Origin: an uncultured delta proteobacterium
GTDB lineage: Bacteria; Myxococcota_A; Polyangia; Fen-1088
Direction of reading: 5' to 3'
DNA length: 64,000 nt
NCBI GenBank assembly: GCA_963755125.1
Contig: CAVWIP010000008.1
Span: 32,001 to 96,000 of the forward strand
The notes beneath the pieces were generated by a model. That model worked only from the letters and a program-made list of their open reading frames with translations, did no database searches and was not told the DNA's origin. Within the stretch, counting starts at the first letter, position 1; each line of letters begins with the position of its first letter. Of this stretch, positions 1 through 10,120 are shown in pieces. Both the position numbers and the translations under genes were made by a program.

Positions 1-607
1 ACAAGGCGCCCAGCACCACCGCGGCGCCGCCCCGCCGCACGCGCAGCAGCTCGGCAAGCCGGTACACGGCGCCAGCCGAGAAGGCAACCACGGCGGTGCG
101 CGGGGGAAGACTGCGCAACGGCAGGGCACCCGCGCCATAGAGACGTGACAGGCGCGGCCTCCGATCGATGACCGCCGTGGGCACCAACCCTTCGAGGATG
201 GGCCGTATGGTGTCGGCTCCCAGAAACCAGGTTTCCCGTCGACCGCGTCCGTGCAGCAGGCGATCGGTGAACACATGGCCACGCTCGGGGTGGCCACACA
301 ACTGAATCTCGTCGACCGCGACGAAATCCACCTCGCGCTCTATGGGCATGGCCTCGACCGTGCAGACCCAGTAACGCGGACGCGGCGGCACGCGCTTTTC
401 TTCGCCGGTGACCAGGGCCACCGCTCCCTCGCCGACCCGCGCGCTCACCCGGTCGTACACCTCACGCGCCAGCAGGCGCAGGGGCAAGCCGATCATTCCG
501 CTTCCGTGCTGCAGCATCCGCTCGACAGCGCGATGGGTCTTCCCCGTGTTGGTCGGGCCCAACTGGGCCGTGATGGATTGCGCACCCTCTGCGCGGGGCG
601 GATGCAT
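1..607 (-). CDS. SUV3/MgpS-like SF2 helicase, N-terminal part (runs off window start)
   Basis: Manual translation from ATG 607: MHPPRAEGAQSITAQLGPTNTGKTHRAVERML...LPLRLLAREVYDRV...CTVEAMP...VAVDEIQ; Walker A GPTNTGKT and DEIQ are typical of SUV3 helicases. Not in the ORF track because no stop lies in the window. Confidence 0.9.
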   Translation of the reverse strand, partial: MHPPRAEGAQSITAQLGPTNTGKTHRAVERMLQHGSGMIGLPLRLLAREVYDRVSARVGEGAVALVTGEEKRVPPRPRYWVCTVEAMPIEREVDFVAVDEIQLCGHPERGHVFTDRLLHGRGRRETWFLGADTIRPILEGLVPTAVIDRRPRLSRLYGAGALPLRSLPPRTAVVAFSAGAVYRLAELLRVRRGGAAVVLGAL

Positions 608-771
608 GGGCCAGAGACTACACTGTCATGCGACCGTCGAGGTGCTGCTTCCGGCGCCGCCTCCGGGACGACAGGAAGAACAGAAACCCCTCGCCTTCGG
701 GCGAAATCCCGGTGTAAACATGACCGGTCGCGGCCGTCGAAGCGGGGCCGCAACTTTCAAGCGATCCTACA

Positions 772-1542
772 GTGATTGACGGACAGAAGATCATCGTGGT
801 CATGCCGGCCTACAACGCCGAGCAGACCCTTGAACGAACGGTGGCCGAGATCCCGGACATGGTCGACCAGATCATCGTGGTGGACGACCGTTCCTCCGAC
901 GCAACCTCCGAGCTGGCTCGCCGTCTCGGTCTTCACACCATCGTACACCCGCAGAACCGCGGCTATGGCGGCAACCAGAAGACCTGCTACAGAGCGGCTC
1001 TGCAGCAAAACGCCGACATCGTCATCATGGTCCACCCTGACTACCAGTACACGCCCAAGCTCGTGCCGGCGCTCGCCCATTGCATCGCCAGTGGTCTCTA
1101 TGACGTGGCCCTGGGCTCGCGCATCCTGGGCGGACGCGCGCTGCAAGGGGGAATGCCGCTGTACAAGTACATCGCCAATCGGGCGCTGACTGCAGTGGAG
1201 AATCTCCTGATTGACGAGAAACTTTCGGAGTATCACACGGGATACCGGGCCTTCTCCCGCAAGGTACTCACCACACTCCCGCTGGATGAGAATGCCGACG
1301 GGTTCGTGTTCGATAACCAGATGCTGGTGCAAGCAGCGTACTTCGGATTTCGCATCGCCGAGGTCACCTGCCCTACCCTCTACTTCGAGGAGGCGTCCTC
1401 CATCGGCTTTCGCCGGAGCGTCCGATATGGGATTGGGGTGCTGGAAACCGCTATCCGGTGCCGCCTCGCGCGCATGGGAATCATGGCGCCCGCCTTCCTC
1501 TCGGCCACCGGCCGAAAGCTCAGCAGCGACGGCGCCCCATGA
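772..1542 (+). CDS. Glycosyltransferase family 2 (DPM1-like)
   Basis: VVMPAYNAE, VDDRSSD, NRGYGGNQK, HPDYQY, GSR motifs. Confidence 0.92.
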   Translation: MIDGQKIIVVMPAYNAEQTLERTVAEIPDMVDQIIVVDDRSSDATSELARRLGLHTIVHPQNRGYGGNQKTCYRAALQQNADIVIMVHPDYQYTPKLVPALAHCIASGLYDVALGSRILGGRALQGGMPLYKYIANRALTAVENLLIDEKLSEYHTGYRAFSRKVLTTLPLDENADGFVFDNQMLVQAAYFGFRIAEVTCPTLYFEEASSIGFRRSVRYGIGVLETAIRCRLARMGIMAPAFLSATGRKLSSDGAP

Positions 1543-1572
1543 CAGTCTCCCGTGGCGCGGCAAGGCGCGCGT

Positions 1573-2637
1573 TCACGGAGCTGGCGGCGCTTCCTCGGCT
1601 CTGGCAGCGTTCAGCTTGCCGAATCCGAAGAGTGGAATTTCCTTTTCCGGCTCGGTTCGATCGTTGCTCACAACGACGATCCTTCCCACTGTGCCTCGGG
1701 TTTCTTGCTTGACGCCCTCTTCGATCACCTTGACTCGCACGCGGAAGCTGTTGTCAGAAAGTGGGCCCTCGATGGAGGCCGCGAACGGTCCCTCCAGCAC
1801 GCGCACCCCGCGCACGGCGAAGTCCGGCTGAGAGCTCCGCACTTCTATCGCCACGACTTTTGGACCGGGCAATTTGAGGTTGAAGTAGGGGTTGGTCGGC
1901 GACACTTCCAACGTACCAGCCACCTTGCAAGCATAGGGCATCGCGATTTCCTTGGGACTTGGCAGACCTGTCGAAACAACGAGGTTGCCCGAATGCACTC
2001 CAACCTTCTTGCCTTCGCAAAGAATACGAAAGCCCCCGGTTGAACCGGTTTGGCTCGACAAGAGAGTGACACTCGAATCCTCCGCAAGCGCCGACTTCTT
2101 GAGCCCTATGCCAGCCTTGTCGACCGCTGTGCCCACCAGACGGACCTCCTGGGACCGTTGTTCACCGAAAGACATCTCAAGATTGACCACCTGCGGATCG
2201 AACGCCAGCAGGCCCGTCACCTTCCCCACCAGCTCGATGGGAACCTTCTCCGCCGTTGGATCATTGGAATGCATGAGCAGGAACTCTCGCAAAGGACCAT
2301 GAAGGTCTGAGCGACAAGTCACCTCAAGTTGGCCACTCGCGCCTGGCGCGATGGTCTTCGGGTCGATGCTCGCGGAACAGAACCGACTTGCCTCAATTGT
2401 GCCGATTTCAAGCGGGAGGGCTCCCGCGTTGGACACGGTGATAGAACGTCGCGCAACTTCGTTCAGTACCATCAAACCCATTTGATAGGGCGGCATCGCA
2501 AGCCTGAGTCGCGGAGCCGCTTTGTCCGCACCTGTGCTCGATGCCGATGCGGGCCCCGGTTTCTGCTCCCGATGGCAAGCCCCCAGCAGGCCCACAACGA
2601 CGAGAACAAGCAACAGCGGGGGTGGTCTGATGGTCAA
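1573..2637 (-). CDS. Lipoprotein with DUF1573/Ig-like domains
   Basis: Lipobox LGAC; VSNAGALPLEIGTIEASRFCSASIDPKTIAPGASGQL resembles DUF1573; repeated xSNDP/SND Ig-like motifs. Confidence 0.7.
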   Translation of the reverse strand: MTIRPPPLLLVLVVVGLLGACHREQKPGPASASSTGADKAAPRLRLAMPPYQMGLMVLNEVARRSITVSNAGALPLEIGTIEASRFCSASIDPKTIAPGASGQLEVTCRSDLHGPLREFLLMHSNDPTAEKVPIELVGKVTGLLAFDPQVVNLEMSFGEQRSQEVRLVGTAVDKAGIGLKKSALAEDSSVTLLSSQTGSTGGFRILCEGKKVGVHSGNLVVSTGLPSPKEIAMPYACKVAGTLEVSPTNPYFNLKLPGPKVVAIEVRSSQPDFAVRGVRVLEGPFAASIEGPLSDNSFRVRVKVIEEGVKQETRGTVGRIVVVSNDRTEPEKEIPLFGFGKLNAARAEEAPPAP

Positions 2638-2649
2638 GTCCGCTCAGAC

Positions 2650-3813
2650 TCAGTAACAGTTGGGAGGCGTGTTCAGTTGACTTCGGATGCTGGCGATAGT
2701 GGTACCCCAGGTGCTACTTGGGCTGTACTGACTGATCGAGATCACTCCGTCGAGCATGCGCGCGTTGATGTTGACCGGATCATCCCAGGCGGTATCCTCA
2801 CCCGCCGGGGCCCCGGCCGCGCCATAGCCCGTATCAGCCAGGATCGACTTGCCCGTCACTTGGTGAACCCCGGCCCAGGTCATGTTGTTGTTGGCCCGGA
2901 TCTTGACATTGCCGGCGTCGGTGCCACCACCCGAGGTGTTGATGAAGGTGAAAAGGGTCATGTCGAAATTCGGGTACCAATTGGCGCCGTTATTGGAAAT
3001 CCACGGCGAGATGTCCATGGAGAATACGGCGTTCGGCAAGGAACTCTTCAGCGCATTCACCAGGGCTGTCATGTTGGTGCCAGCCTGTGCCGCAGTCCAG
3101 GGTTGGGTTTCACCACCGCCGGTATACTGGTACCAATCTGGCTCCATCTCAAAGATGATGGGACGGCCACCCAGGCAGGCCGCAAAGCCCGTCGAGTTGC
3201 TCGTGTAGGCGGCAAGAATATTCGCCCACTCCTGCGTGATGTACTGCGAACCATATGTGCACAAAGTGCCGCCCGAGCAGCCGCTCACATTGCAGTCGCA
3301 CAGTTCGTACTTGTTCTTGACGTAGTTGGCAGAGATGTACGTGACATCCACGGGGACCAACCCGGCGAGAGAGCCACCTGGATTTGTGCTGGTGCACACG
3401 CTCTTCTGGTTGAAGGTTCCCATCATCCATCCGGGAGTGAAGAAGTCCAACTGAGCGACCAGCGCGCCACTGGCCATCGTCGTGCCGAAGTGGAATCGGC
3501 ACTGGCTGAAGATCTTGCCTGACGCTGCCGTACTGCCACCCGCACCGCCGGTTGCCGTGCCGCCGGTTGCGGGCGTCCCGCCGATCGCGACGGTCCCGCC
3601 AGCCACGCCTGAGGCCGTGGTAGCCACGGTCCCGCCCGTGCCTCCGCCGACGCCACCGGTCGTTGCCGGTGTTCCGCCGGTTTCGGCTGGGTTCCCGCCC
3701 GTCCCCCCCGCACTGGTGCCATTGCCATTTCCAGCGCAGCCGCCGGTGAACAGGCAAGCAGAAACAAACAAGGTTGCCAGGTACCCGATCCGACAAGACT
3801 CTCTTGAACGCAT
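2650..3813 (-). CDS. Lipoprotein, Gly/Thr linker plus putative glycoside-hydrolase-like domain
   Basis: Start reassigned to ATG 3813 (MRSRESC...FTGGC lipobox); GGT-rich linker; C-terminal domain with FEMEPDWYQY, MDISPW, ADTGYG. Confidence 0.7.
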   Translation of the reverse strand: MRSRESCRIGYLATLFVSACLFTGGCAGNGNGTSAGGTGGNPAETGGTPATTGGVGGGTGGTVATTASGVAGGTVAIGGTPATGGTATGGAGGSTAASGKIFSQCRFHFGTTMASGALVAQLDFFTPGWMMGTFNQKSVCTSTNPGGSLAGLVPVDVTYISANYVKNKYELCDCNVSGCSGGTLCTYGSQYITQEWANILAAYTSNSTGFAACLGGRPIIFEMEPDWYQYTGGGETQPWTAAQAGTNMTALVNALKSSLPNAVFSMDISPWISNNGANWYPNFDMTLFTFINTSGGGTDAGNVKIRANNNMTWAGVHQVTGKSILADTGYGAAGAPAGEDTAWDDPVNINARMLDGVISISQYSPSSTWGTTIASIRSQLNTPPNCY

Positions 3814-4013
3814 TGTTGATCCTATGTCCTTCAAGCCCGAAACCTTCTGGCAAATCAGTGCTGACGGCCCACGAAAGAGGATCATCCCGTCCTGAGCAAG
3901 ACCCTCGCTCCCGATGTGATCGTTTCCAAAGCTCGCCCGCATCAAGGATGCTTCCCTGTCCGCGGGCTGTCCGTCCGTGAAGTTTCGCCCGAACGATGCG
4001 CTTTGCTCGCTGT

Positions 4014-5684
4014 CTACTGACCGTTCTTCGTGTACAGCCAGTCCTTGACGAAACCACCCTCCTGGCTCGGGCCCAGCAAGAGATTCCAGTTGGCGTCGAA
4101 CATGTCTGGAAGCCAACTGTTCGACGCGCACCACGCAGTCCAGCTCCCGCCCAAGCCTTCCAGCCAGGTCAACATGGGCTTTCCATAGCTGGCCCCGAGG
4201 TCCGTGCCATTCCCTGGCTGGCTTGAGCAAGCACAGTATCCCCATTCCGTCATGATGATGGGGTTGACCTTTGCGCACGTCGCCGCGTTCTGCGTGAGCG
4301 AATTGTTCCCGTTCCCGTAGTGTTGCGCGTACATGTGGACCGAGTACATGATGTTGCCGCCGGTGAGTGGATTCGTGGCCGCACCACCCATTTGCTGGTC
4401 CCACGAAGGGCTTCCCGAAATGATGATGTTCTTGGGTGCCAGGCCCCGGATGGTGTTGACCCAGCCCTGCATGGTAGCCTTGTACGTGGCCCAGTCGTCC
4501 TGAACGCTCGACTCGTTGAACACCTCGTAAAATACGTTGGAATAGCTGCTGAAGATTGGTGCAACCAGCGTCCAGAACTGGCTGACCGCGGCCTGGTTGG
4601 TGTAGGGGCTGGCGACGTAATGAAGATCGATGATGGCGTAGAGGCCAACCTTCGTGGCGTAGTCCACCGCAGGTTTGAGGGTATTATTGATGTACGTGGT
4701 CGATGTCCCTGGGGGATCGGCAGGGAGGCGCACGATCTTGGTGTACCAGCCTGGCGAGCCTGGCGCCTCTGGTGTGGAGGCAGCCGTGACGTCGTTCTTG
4801 TTGGTGATCTTGTCAAGCAACCCGTCTATGCCGAGCGAAGTCTCCGACTGGTCAGTGAGACCTTCAATCGAGACACCCCTCAGAATTACCTGCTTGCCAG
4901 TTGGATCCTGGAGTTGGTTCCCCACCACGGTCAGCCAGGGCAAGCTGCTCGTCCCGCCACCGCTGGTGGTACTGCCGGCGACACCGCCGGTCCCACCTGA
5001 ACTCGTGACACCACCCGAGCCTCCCCCGCCTCCGGCACCGCCCGAACTCGTGACACCACCCGAGCCTCCCCTGCCTCCAGCCCCACCGGAAGTCGCGATG
5101 CCACCCGAACCGCCCGAGCTTGTTGCGCCGCCCGCGCCGCCTGAACCTGCTACGCCACCCGAACCGCCCGATGATCTGGTGCCGCCCGCGCTTGTGCTGC
5201 CTCCCGAGGCGCCCGAAGTCGCGATGCCGCCTGACCCGCCTGAATTCGTAACAGCGGTCGTGCCGCCCGCGCTTGTGACGCTGCTCGTGCCGCCCGAGCT
5301 TGTGACGCTGCTCGTGCCACCCGAACTCGTGACACGGGTCGTGCCGCCCGAGCTTGTGACGCTGGTCGTGCCGCCCGAACTTGTGACACTGGTCGTGCCG
5401 CCCGCGCTCGTGATACCTCCCGAGACTCCCGAACTCGCGACGCCACTCGTGCCGCCTGGGCCTGCACTGCTCTCGCGCGCGCTAGTCCCGCCGTTGCCGG
5501 TAGCGCCGCCACTGGCGATCACACCGCCAGACGCCGGCTTGCCGCCCGAGCCGCCAGGGTTCGTGCCGGTATTGCCGGCACTTCCCGTGCTCCCATTCTG
5601 ACCGTTTTCCCCGCATCCGAAACTGCCGCAGGCCGCGAGCAAGAAGGTTCCAAAGGCAGCCTGGTGAAGGGAAATTCTTTTCAT
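4014..5684 (-). CDS. GH5 cellulase-family glycoside hydrolase, lipoprotein with long Gly/Ser/Thr linker
   Basis: ATG 5684 with GGAGG upstream; LRGVS, IIDLHY, YEVFNE (acid/base), VHMY, MTEWG (nucleophile), WTAW. Confidence 0.88.
   Translation of the reverse strand: MKRISLHQAAFGTFLLAACGSFGCGENGQNGSTGSAGNTGTNPGGSGGKPASGGVIASGGATGNGGTSARESSAGPGGTSGVASSGVSGGITSAGGTTSVTSSGGTTSVTSSGGTTRVTSSGGTSSVTSSGGTSSVTSAGGTTAVTNSGGSGGIATSGASGGSTSAGGTRSSGGSGGVAGSGGAGGATSSGGSGGIATSGGAGGRGGSGGVTSSGGAGGGGGSGGVTSSGGTGGVAGSTTSGGGTSSLPWLTVVGNQLQDPTGKQVILRGVSIEGLTDQSETSLGIDGLLDKITNKNDVTAASTPEAPGSPGWYTKIVRLPADPPGTSTTYINNTLKPAVDYATKVGLYAIIDLHYVASPYTNQAAVSQFWTLVAPIFSSYSNVFYEVFNESSVQDDWATYKATMQGWVNTIRGLAPKNIIISGSPSWDQQMGGAATNPLTGGNIMYSVHMYAQHYGNGNNSLTQNAATCAKVNPIIMTEWGYCACSSQPGNGTDLGASYGKPMLTWLEGLGGSWTAWCASNSWLPDMFDANWNLLLGPSQEGGFVKDWLYTKNGQ
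5258..5414. repeat. About 6 copies of a 27-bp coding tandem repeat (TSVTSSGGT) in the GH5 linker
   Basis: TCGTGCCGCCCGAGCTTGTGACGCTGC-like units at 27-bp spacing. Confidence 0.85.
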
Positions 5685-6013
5685 GAAACTCCTCCGATGA
5701 TCGATGGGAACGTCCAGTACTACAGTGCCGGCAGTCGACGAAAACCGCTCACTGAACACGGCTGGGTTGGTTCCAGTTCTGCGCATAACGACAAAGCTAG
5801 CCTGAATCGGACGATAGCCACTGCGCGAACCGGGCTGGGTTCGCCCGCCCCTGGAAGACACCACACGAGCCAACTGCCCCGAATGAATAGGGCGTGATTG
5901 TACCCGTTGTTCGGCGGAGCGCCAAGCACGCGTCACCATCTCCTGGCGCGATGCGCGCGACGCTGCTGCGAGTCAGGTGATCTGCGACGACCCGGCAGTG
6001 CTAAAAACGGCCC

Positions 6014-8455
6014 ATGAACAATGGCGCGATGGAAAGCTGTCGGCCGCGGGTCAGGTCGTTTGGCCTTCTGGCGATCTTGTTCGCGCAGCCTTCGGGGGCG
6101 GCGCCCTCCGATCAGGCCAAGATAGCCCACCTGACGGTTCATGCCGGCCAAGACGGACCGAAGATCAGTCCGCTTCTTTACGGCATCTTCTTCGAGGAGA
6201 TCAACCGGGCCGGTGAAGGTGGCCTGTGGGCCGAGATGATCCAGAACCGTTCCTTCGAGGACGATCACAACGAGCCCCTGGCTTGGAAGTTCTCCGGGCC
6301 GGTGAAGGCCAGGCTGGACAGGCAAAGGCCGCTCTACCCGCAGAATCCCACCTCCCTGCGCCTGGAATTTTCCGGTTCCGATGCGGGCGTCGCCCAGGAC
6401 GGGTTCAGTCGCGACAAGGACCGCTACCCGGGCGGGATGGCATTCCGCAAGGGAGAAGCCCTGCGCTTCTCACTGTACCAGCGGGGTGAATGCGGCCTGG
6501 AGGTCCGATTGGTGGGACGAAGCGGGAAGGTGCTCGCGAAGACCTCTCTCCCCGCGCCCGGCGGAGCCTGGGAGAAGGTTGACGCAACGCTAGAGCCCTC
6601 GGCCACGGACCAGTCCGGAAGGTTGGTCCTGGTGGGCCAAGGCGCGGGAGAAGTCTGGATCGACCAGTTGTCCCTGATGCCGGTTTCGACCTGGAAAGGG
6701 CACGGTTTGCGGCGGGATCTGGCCGAAATGATCGCTGCCCTGAAGCCTGCGTTTGTACGGTTTCCCGGGGGTTGTTTTGTCGAGGGCCTGAATTTGCCCA
6801 ATGCCCCCCGATGGAAGGACTCGATCGGCGAGCAGGCCCAACGCCGTGGAGTCGCCAACCGTTGGGGCTATCAGACATCAGGGGCCTTCGGCGTCCACGA
6901 GTTCTTGCAGTGGTGCGAAGACCTCGGGGCCGAACCGCTCTATGTGATCAATTGCGGCATGGGCCACAACTACACCGTGCCCATGAATCGAATGAAGGAG
7001 TGGGTGCAGGACGCGGTGGATCTGGTGGAATACGCCCGGGGCCCGGTCGACAGCAAGTGGGGCGCGATGCGGGCCGCTGCGGGCCATCCGGCTCCGTTCA
7101 AGCTGAACTACCTGGAAATCGGGAACGAGAACGGCGGGCCCGAGTACGCCGAGCGCTACGCTCTCTTCCATGACGCCCTGAAGGCGAAGTACCCGGACCT
7201 GCACCTTGTCGCCAATTTCTGGGACGGTGGCGTCCCCAAGAGTCGCCCTGTGGAGATCCAGGACGAGCACTACTACCTCGATGCCGTGGGGTTTCTGGGC
7301 ATGGCGGACTACTATCAGCGGGTCGGTCGAAACGGTCCCAATGTGTATGTGGGCGAATACGCGGTTACCAACGGCGCCGGGAACGGCAATCTCTCGGCTG
7401 CGCTCGGCGAGGCGGCCTTTCTGACCGGGCTGGAAGCCGTCGGCGACCACGTGGTGATGGCGTCCTACGCCCCGCTGCTGGCCCACCCAGCCTGGAAAGC
7501 CTGGACCCCGAACGCGATCGTCTTTGACCAGGGCCGCGCCTACGGCACGCCCTCCTATCACCTGCAAACCATGTTCTCCGCGAACCGGGGCGACGTGGCT
7601 TGCCCCGTCGAACTCACGCAGCCGGAGATCCCGTTCGAGACTCCGAAGGGTAGTTTCGGCGTGGGAACCTGGGGCAACACCCAGGTCGAATACAAGGACA
7701 TTTCCTTCACCTTGGCCGACGGAAGACGCATCTTCACCGGCAATTTCACCCAAGGGATGAAGGGCTGGAGGCCCTTCAAGGGTGTGTGGACGGTCCAGGA
7801 TGGCGTGCTACGCCAGGCCGGGAAGGAAGACGCCTTCGAACTTGCCCAGATCGCCGACAGCCACTGGAGCGATGGTGTCTTCGAGGTAAAGGCGCGCAAG
7901 GTGGGAGGCGTCGACGGATTCCAGATCCAGTTCCAGGCCGAGGAAGACGGCCAGCAGAGGGTCTGGAACGTAGGCGGCTGGGGCAACACCCAGATTGGGC
8001 TGCAGGGGATCTTGGGCGAGCCGAAAATAGCGGGCAAAGTCGAAACGGGCCGCTGGTACAGCATCCGCATCGAACTCCTCGGGCCTCGCATCAGGTGTTT
8101 TCTCGACGGGAAACTGATACAGGAAGTGGTCCGTCCGAACCCGCAATGGCTGTACGCGGTGGCCAGCCGGACCCAGGACGGCAAGCACATCATCCTCAAG
8201 CTGGTCAACGCCGGCACGGTCCCGCGCAAGACCATGTTCGACATCGAAGGCGTTACGTCGGTCGCCCCCCGGGGCCTGGTGACGGCGATGACCTCGAAGG
8301 ATGGGAACGACGAGAATTCGTTCGAGCAGCCCCGTCACGTAGTCCCGGTGGAAGCAGTTGTGACCGGGATGGGAAAGAGCTTCACCCGGACCTTACCAGC
8401 CCGCTCGGTCACGGTGCTGAAGCTGCTGGTGACTCCTTTGCTGGAAAGGCAATGA
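6014..8455 (+). CDS. GH51 alpha-L-arabinofuranosidase with inserted beta-sandwich domain
   Basis: YGIFFEEINRAGEGGLWAEMIQNRSFE, RFPGGCFVEG, EIGNENG, YVGEYA, MASYAPL, NSFEQP. Confidence 0.93.
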   Translation: MNNGAMESCRPRVRSFGLLAILFAQPSGAAPSDQAKIAHLTVHAGQDGPKISPLLYGIFFEEINRAGEGGLWAEMIQNRSFEDDHNEPLAWKFSGPVKARLDRQRPLYPQNPTSLRLEFSGSDAGVAQDGFSRDKDRYPGGMAFRKGEALRFSLYQRGECGLEVRLVGRSGKVLAKTSLPAPGGAWEKVDATLEPSATDQSGRLVLVGQGAGEVWIDQLSLMPVSTWKGHGLRRDLAEMIAALKPAFVRFPGGCFVEGLNLPNAPRWKDSIGEQAQRRGVANRWGYQTSGAFGVHEFLQWCEDLGAEPLYVINCGMGHNYTVPMNRMKEWVQDAVDLVEYARGPVDSKWGAMRAAAGHPAPFKLNYLEIGNENGGPEYAERYALFHDALKAKYPDLHLVANFWDGGVPKSRPVEIQDEHYYLDAVGFLGMADYYQRVGRNGPNVYVGEYAVTNGAGNGNLSAALGEAAFLTGLEAVGDHVVMASYAPLLAHPAWKAWTPNAIVFDQGRAYGTPSYHLQTMFSANRGDVACPVELTQPEIPFETPKGSFGVGTWGNTQVEYKDISFTLADGRRIFTGNFTQGMKGWRPFKGVWTVQDGVLRQAGKEDAFELAQIADSHWSDGVFEVKARKVGGVDGFQIQFQAEEDGQQRVWNVGGWGNTQIGLQGILGEPKIAGKVETGRWYSIRIELLGPRIRCFLDGKLIQEVVRPNPQWLYAVASRTQDGKHIILKLVNAGTVPRKTMFDIEGVTSVAPRGLVTAMTSKDGNDENSFEQPRHVVPVEAVVTGMGKSFTRTLPARSVTVLKLLVTPLLERQ

Positions 8456-8608
8456 AAGGACTGGGTGTCGGACTGGATGGCTACGTGAAGTAGGCGAACC
8501 GGAGTTCAAGGCGAAGCACGCGGGGCACAGGTCGGTTGCGCTCGACGTCCGGGATGCGCGGAGAAGGTCGCCAAGACAGCCGATCCTGCTGTATGTTGCC
8601 TCTCTCAC

Positions 8609-10120
8609 ATGTCGTCCCGCTCGGAGAACCGACCGCCTGTACGCCGGGAGCGCTGGGTTCCCCCCTTGTGGCTACTGGCGTTCGCCGGCTTCTTCCTGCT
8701 CGGCGGGGCCTGGGCTCTCGCCGCCCCCTACGAAGGCACGCCGGACGAGGCAGACCATGTCTACCGCGCGGTCGGCGTGGCCCGCGGCGAGTGGATTGCC
8801 GAAAAGGGCATCTGGCAGACCGTGCCCCGGAGTCTGCTCGGCCCGCGCTGCTTTGCCGGCAAACCAAGCCAGCCCGCCAACTGCAGCCCCGAACCTGGCG
8901 GCGATGCCTCGCTAAGACGGGCCACCACCGCCGCGGGACGCTACAACCCCGCCTACTACGCCCTGGTAGGTTGGCCGCTGCGCCTTTGGCCAAACTGGAC
9001 CGGGATTCTCCTCGCCCGTCTTCTCAGCGCGGCGCTGGTGGCTGCTCTGCTCGGCGGCGCCTTTCACAGCGCCGTGCGCTGGTCGCGTTTCCCCTTGCTT
9101 GCGACAGGTCTGCTCGCTGCGACGACTCCGATGACCATGCACATGGCTGGCGCGATCAACCCGAACGCACTCGAGATTGCCGCCGGGACAGCCCTCTTTG
9201 CCATGCTGATTCCGCTCTTGCTCGACGAGGCCGCACAACCACGCCGGGCACAACTCTACCTGGCAGCCCTGGCCGCGGTGGTGTTGGCCATACTCCGGGC
9301 CTTGGGTCCGCTCTGGCTGGTCATCGCGATCGGGGTGCTGCTCGTGCCGAGCCGCCACGCTTTGCTTTCCCGCCTGCGGCGCAACCGTAGCGTCCTCGCG
9401 TGCAGCGCCTTGGCCGCGCTCGGGTTCGTCGTCGGCGTGGCCTGGACCGTCTTGGTGAAGACAGGCAAGCCGGAAGTCGTCAATTTGCCTGGGCACCTGA
9501 CCTTCGCCGAGGCACTCCGTTTCGAGATTGCCCTCCGCGTGGGCGCGTACGCGCAAGAGATGGTCGGCGTCATGTCATGGCTCGACACGCCCATGCCTGG
9601 GTGGGTCTATCTCGTCTGGTGGTCCGTGCTGGGCTTCTTTGCGCTGTCCGTGCTGGCCTTCGGCAACTGGATCGATCGCTGGCGCATCGTCGCATTGACC
9701 GTCTTTACCTTCGGCATCCCGGTGTTCCTCGACTCGATCGAAGTCAACACCTATGGATTCATTTCGCAAGGTCGCTACGTGCTGCCGATTGCGGTGGGTA
9801 TCCCGATGATCGGCGCATTCGTGATCTCAGCGCGCGACATGCTGAGCCGCGCGCGAGCCGTCGCCCTCACGCGAACCTTTGCCCTCCTGCTGCTCCCGCT
9901 CCAGCTCTTCTGCCTCGCCTTTACCATGGTCCGCTGGCAGTCCGGCACTGCCGCCGACATGCACGCCAAGTCCTCCAATCCGCTGGCCGGCGCGTGGAAC
10001 CCTCCGCTCGGATCGTTGACAGCCCTGCTGGTCGCGTGCGTCGGTCTCGTCCTGCTTGGCTTCTGCTACTGGCGACCCGACACGAGCGCCGAGGCTGCAC
10101 CACCCGCAAGCCAGGAATAG
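8609..10120 (+). CDS. DUF2142-like polytopic membrane protein (GT-C-type glycosyltransferase candidate)
   Basis: PDEADHVYRA, YNPAYY, NPNALE, QGRYVLP motifs; many TM helices. Confidence 0.8.
   Translation: MSSRSENRPPVRRERWVPPLWLLAFAGFFLLGGAWALAAPYEGTPDEADHVYRAVGVARGEWIAEKGIWQTVPRSLLGPRCFAGKPSQPANCSPEPGGDASLRRATTAAGRYNPAYYALVGWPLRLWPNWTGILLARLLSAALVAALLGGAFHSAVRWSRFPLLATGLLAATTPMTMHMAGAINPNALEIAAGTALFAMLIPLLLDEAAQPRRAQLYLAALAAVVLAILRALGPLWLVIAIGVLLVPSRHALLSRLRRNRSVLACSALAALGFVVGVAWTVLVKTGKPEVVNLPGHLTFAEALRFEIALRVGAYAQEMVGVMSWLDTPMPGWVYLVWWSVLGFFALSVLAFGNWIDRWRIVALTVFTFGIPVFLDSIEVNTYGFISQGRYVLPIAVGIPMIGAFVISARDMLSRARAVALTRTFALLLLPLQLFCLAFTMVRWQSGTAADMHAKSSNPLAGAWNPPLGSLTALLVACVGLVLLGFCYWRPDTSAEAAPPASQE

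Noticed and set aside
5258..5414. 27-bp repeats as a possible CRISPR or regulatory array
   Set aside because: Contiguous, in-frame and encode a Gly/Ser/Thr linker.
8452..8493. 13-aa ORF MKGLGVGLDGYVK coupled to the GH51 stop
   Set aside because: No motif or further support; may be chance.
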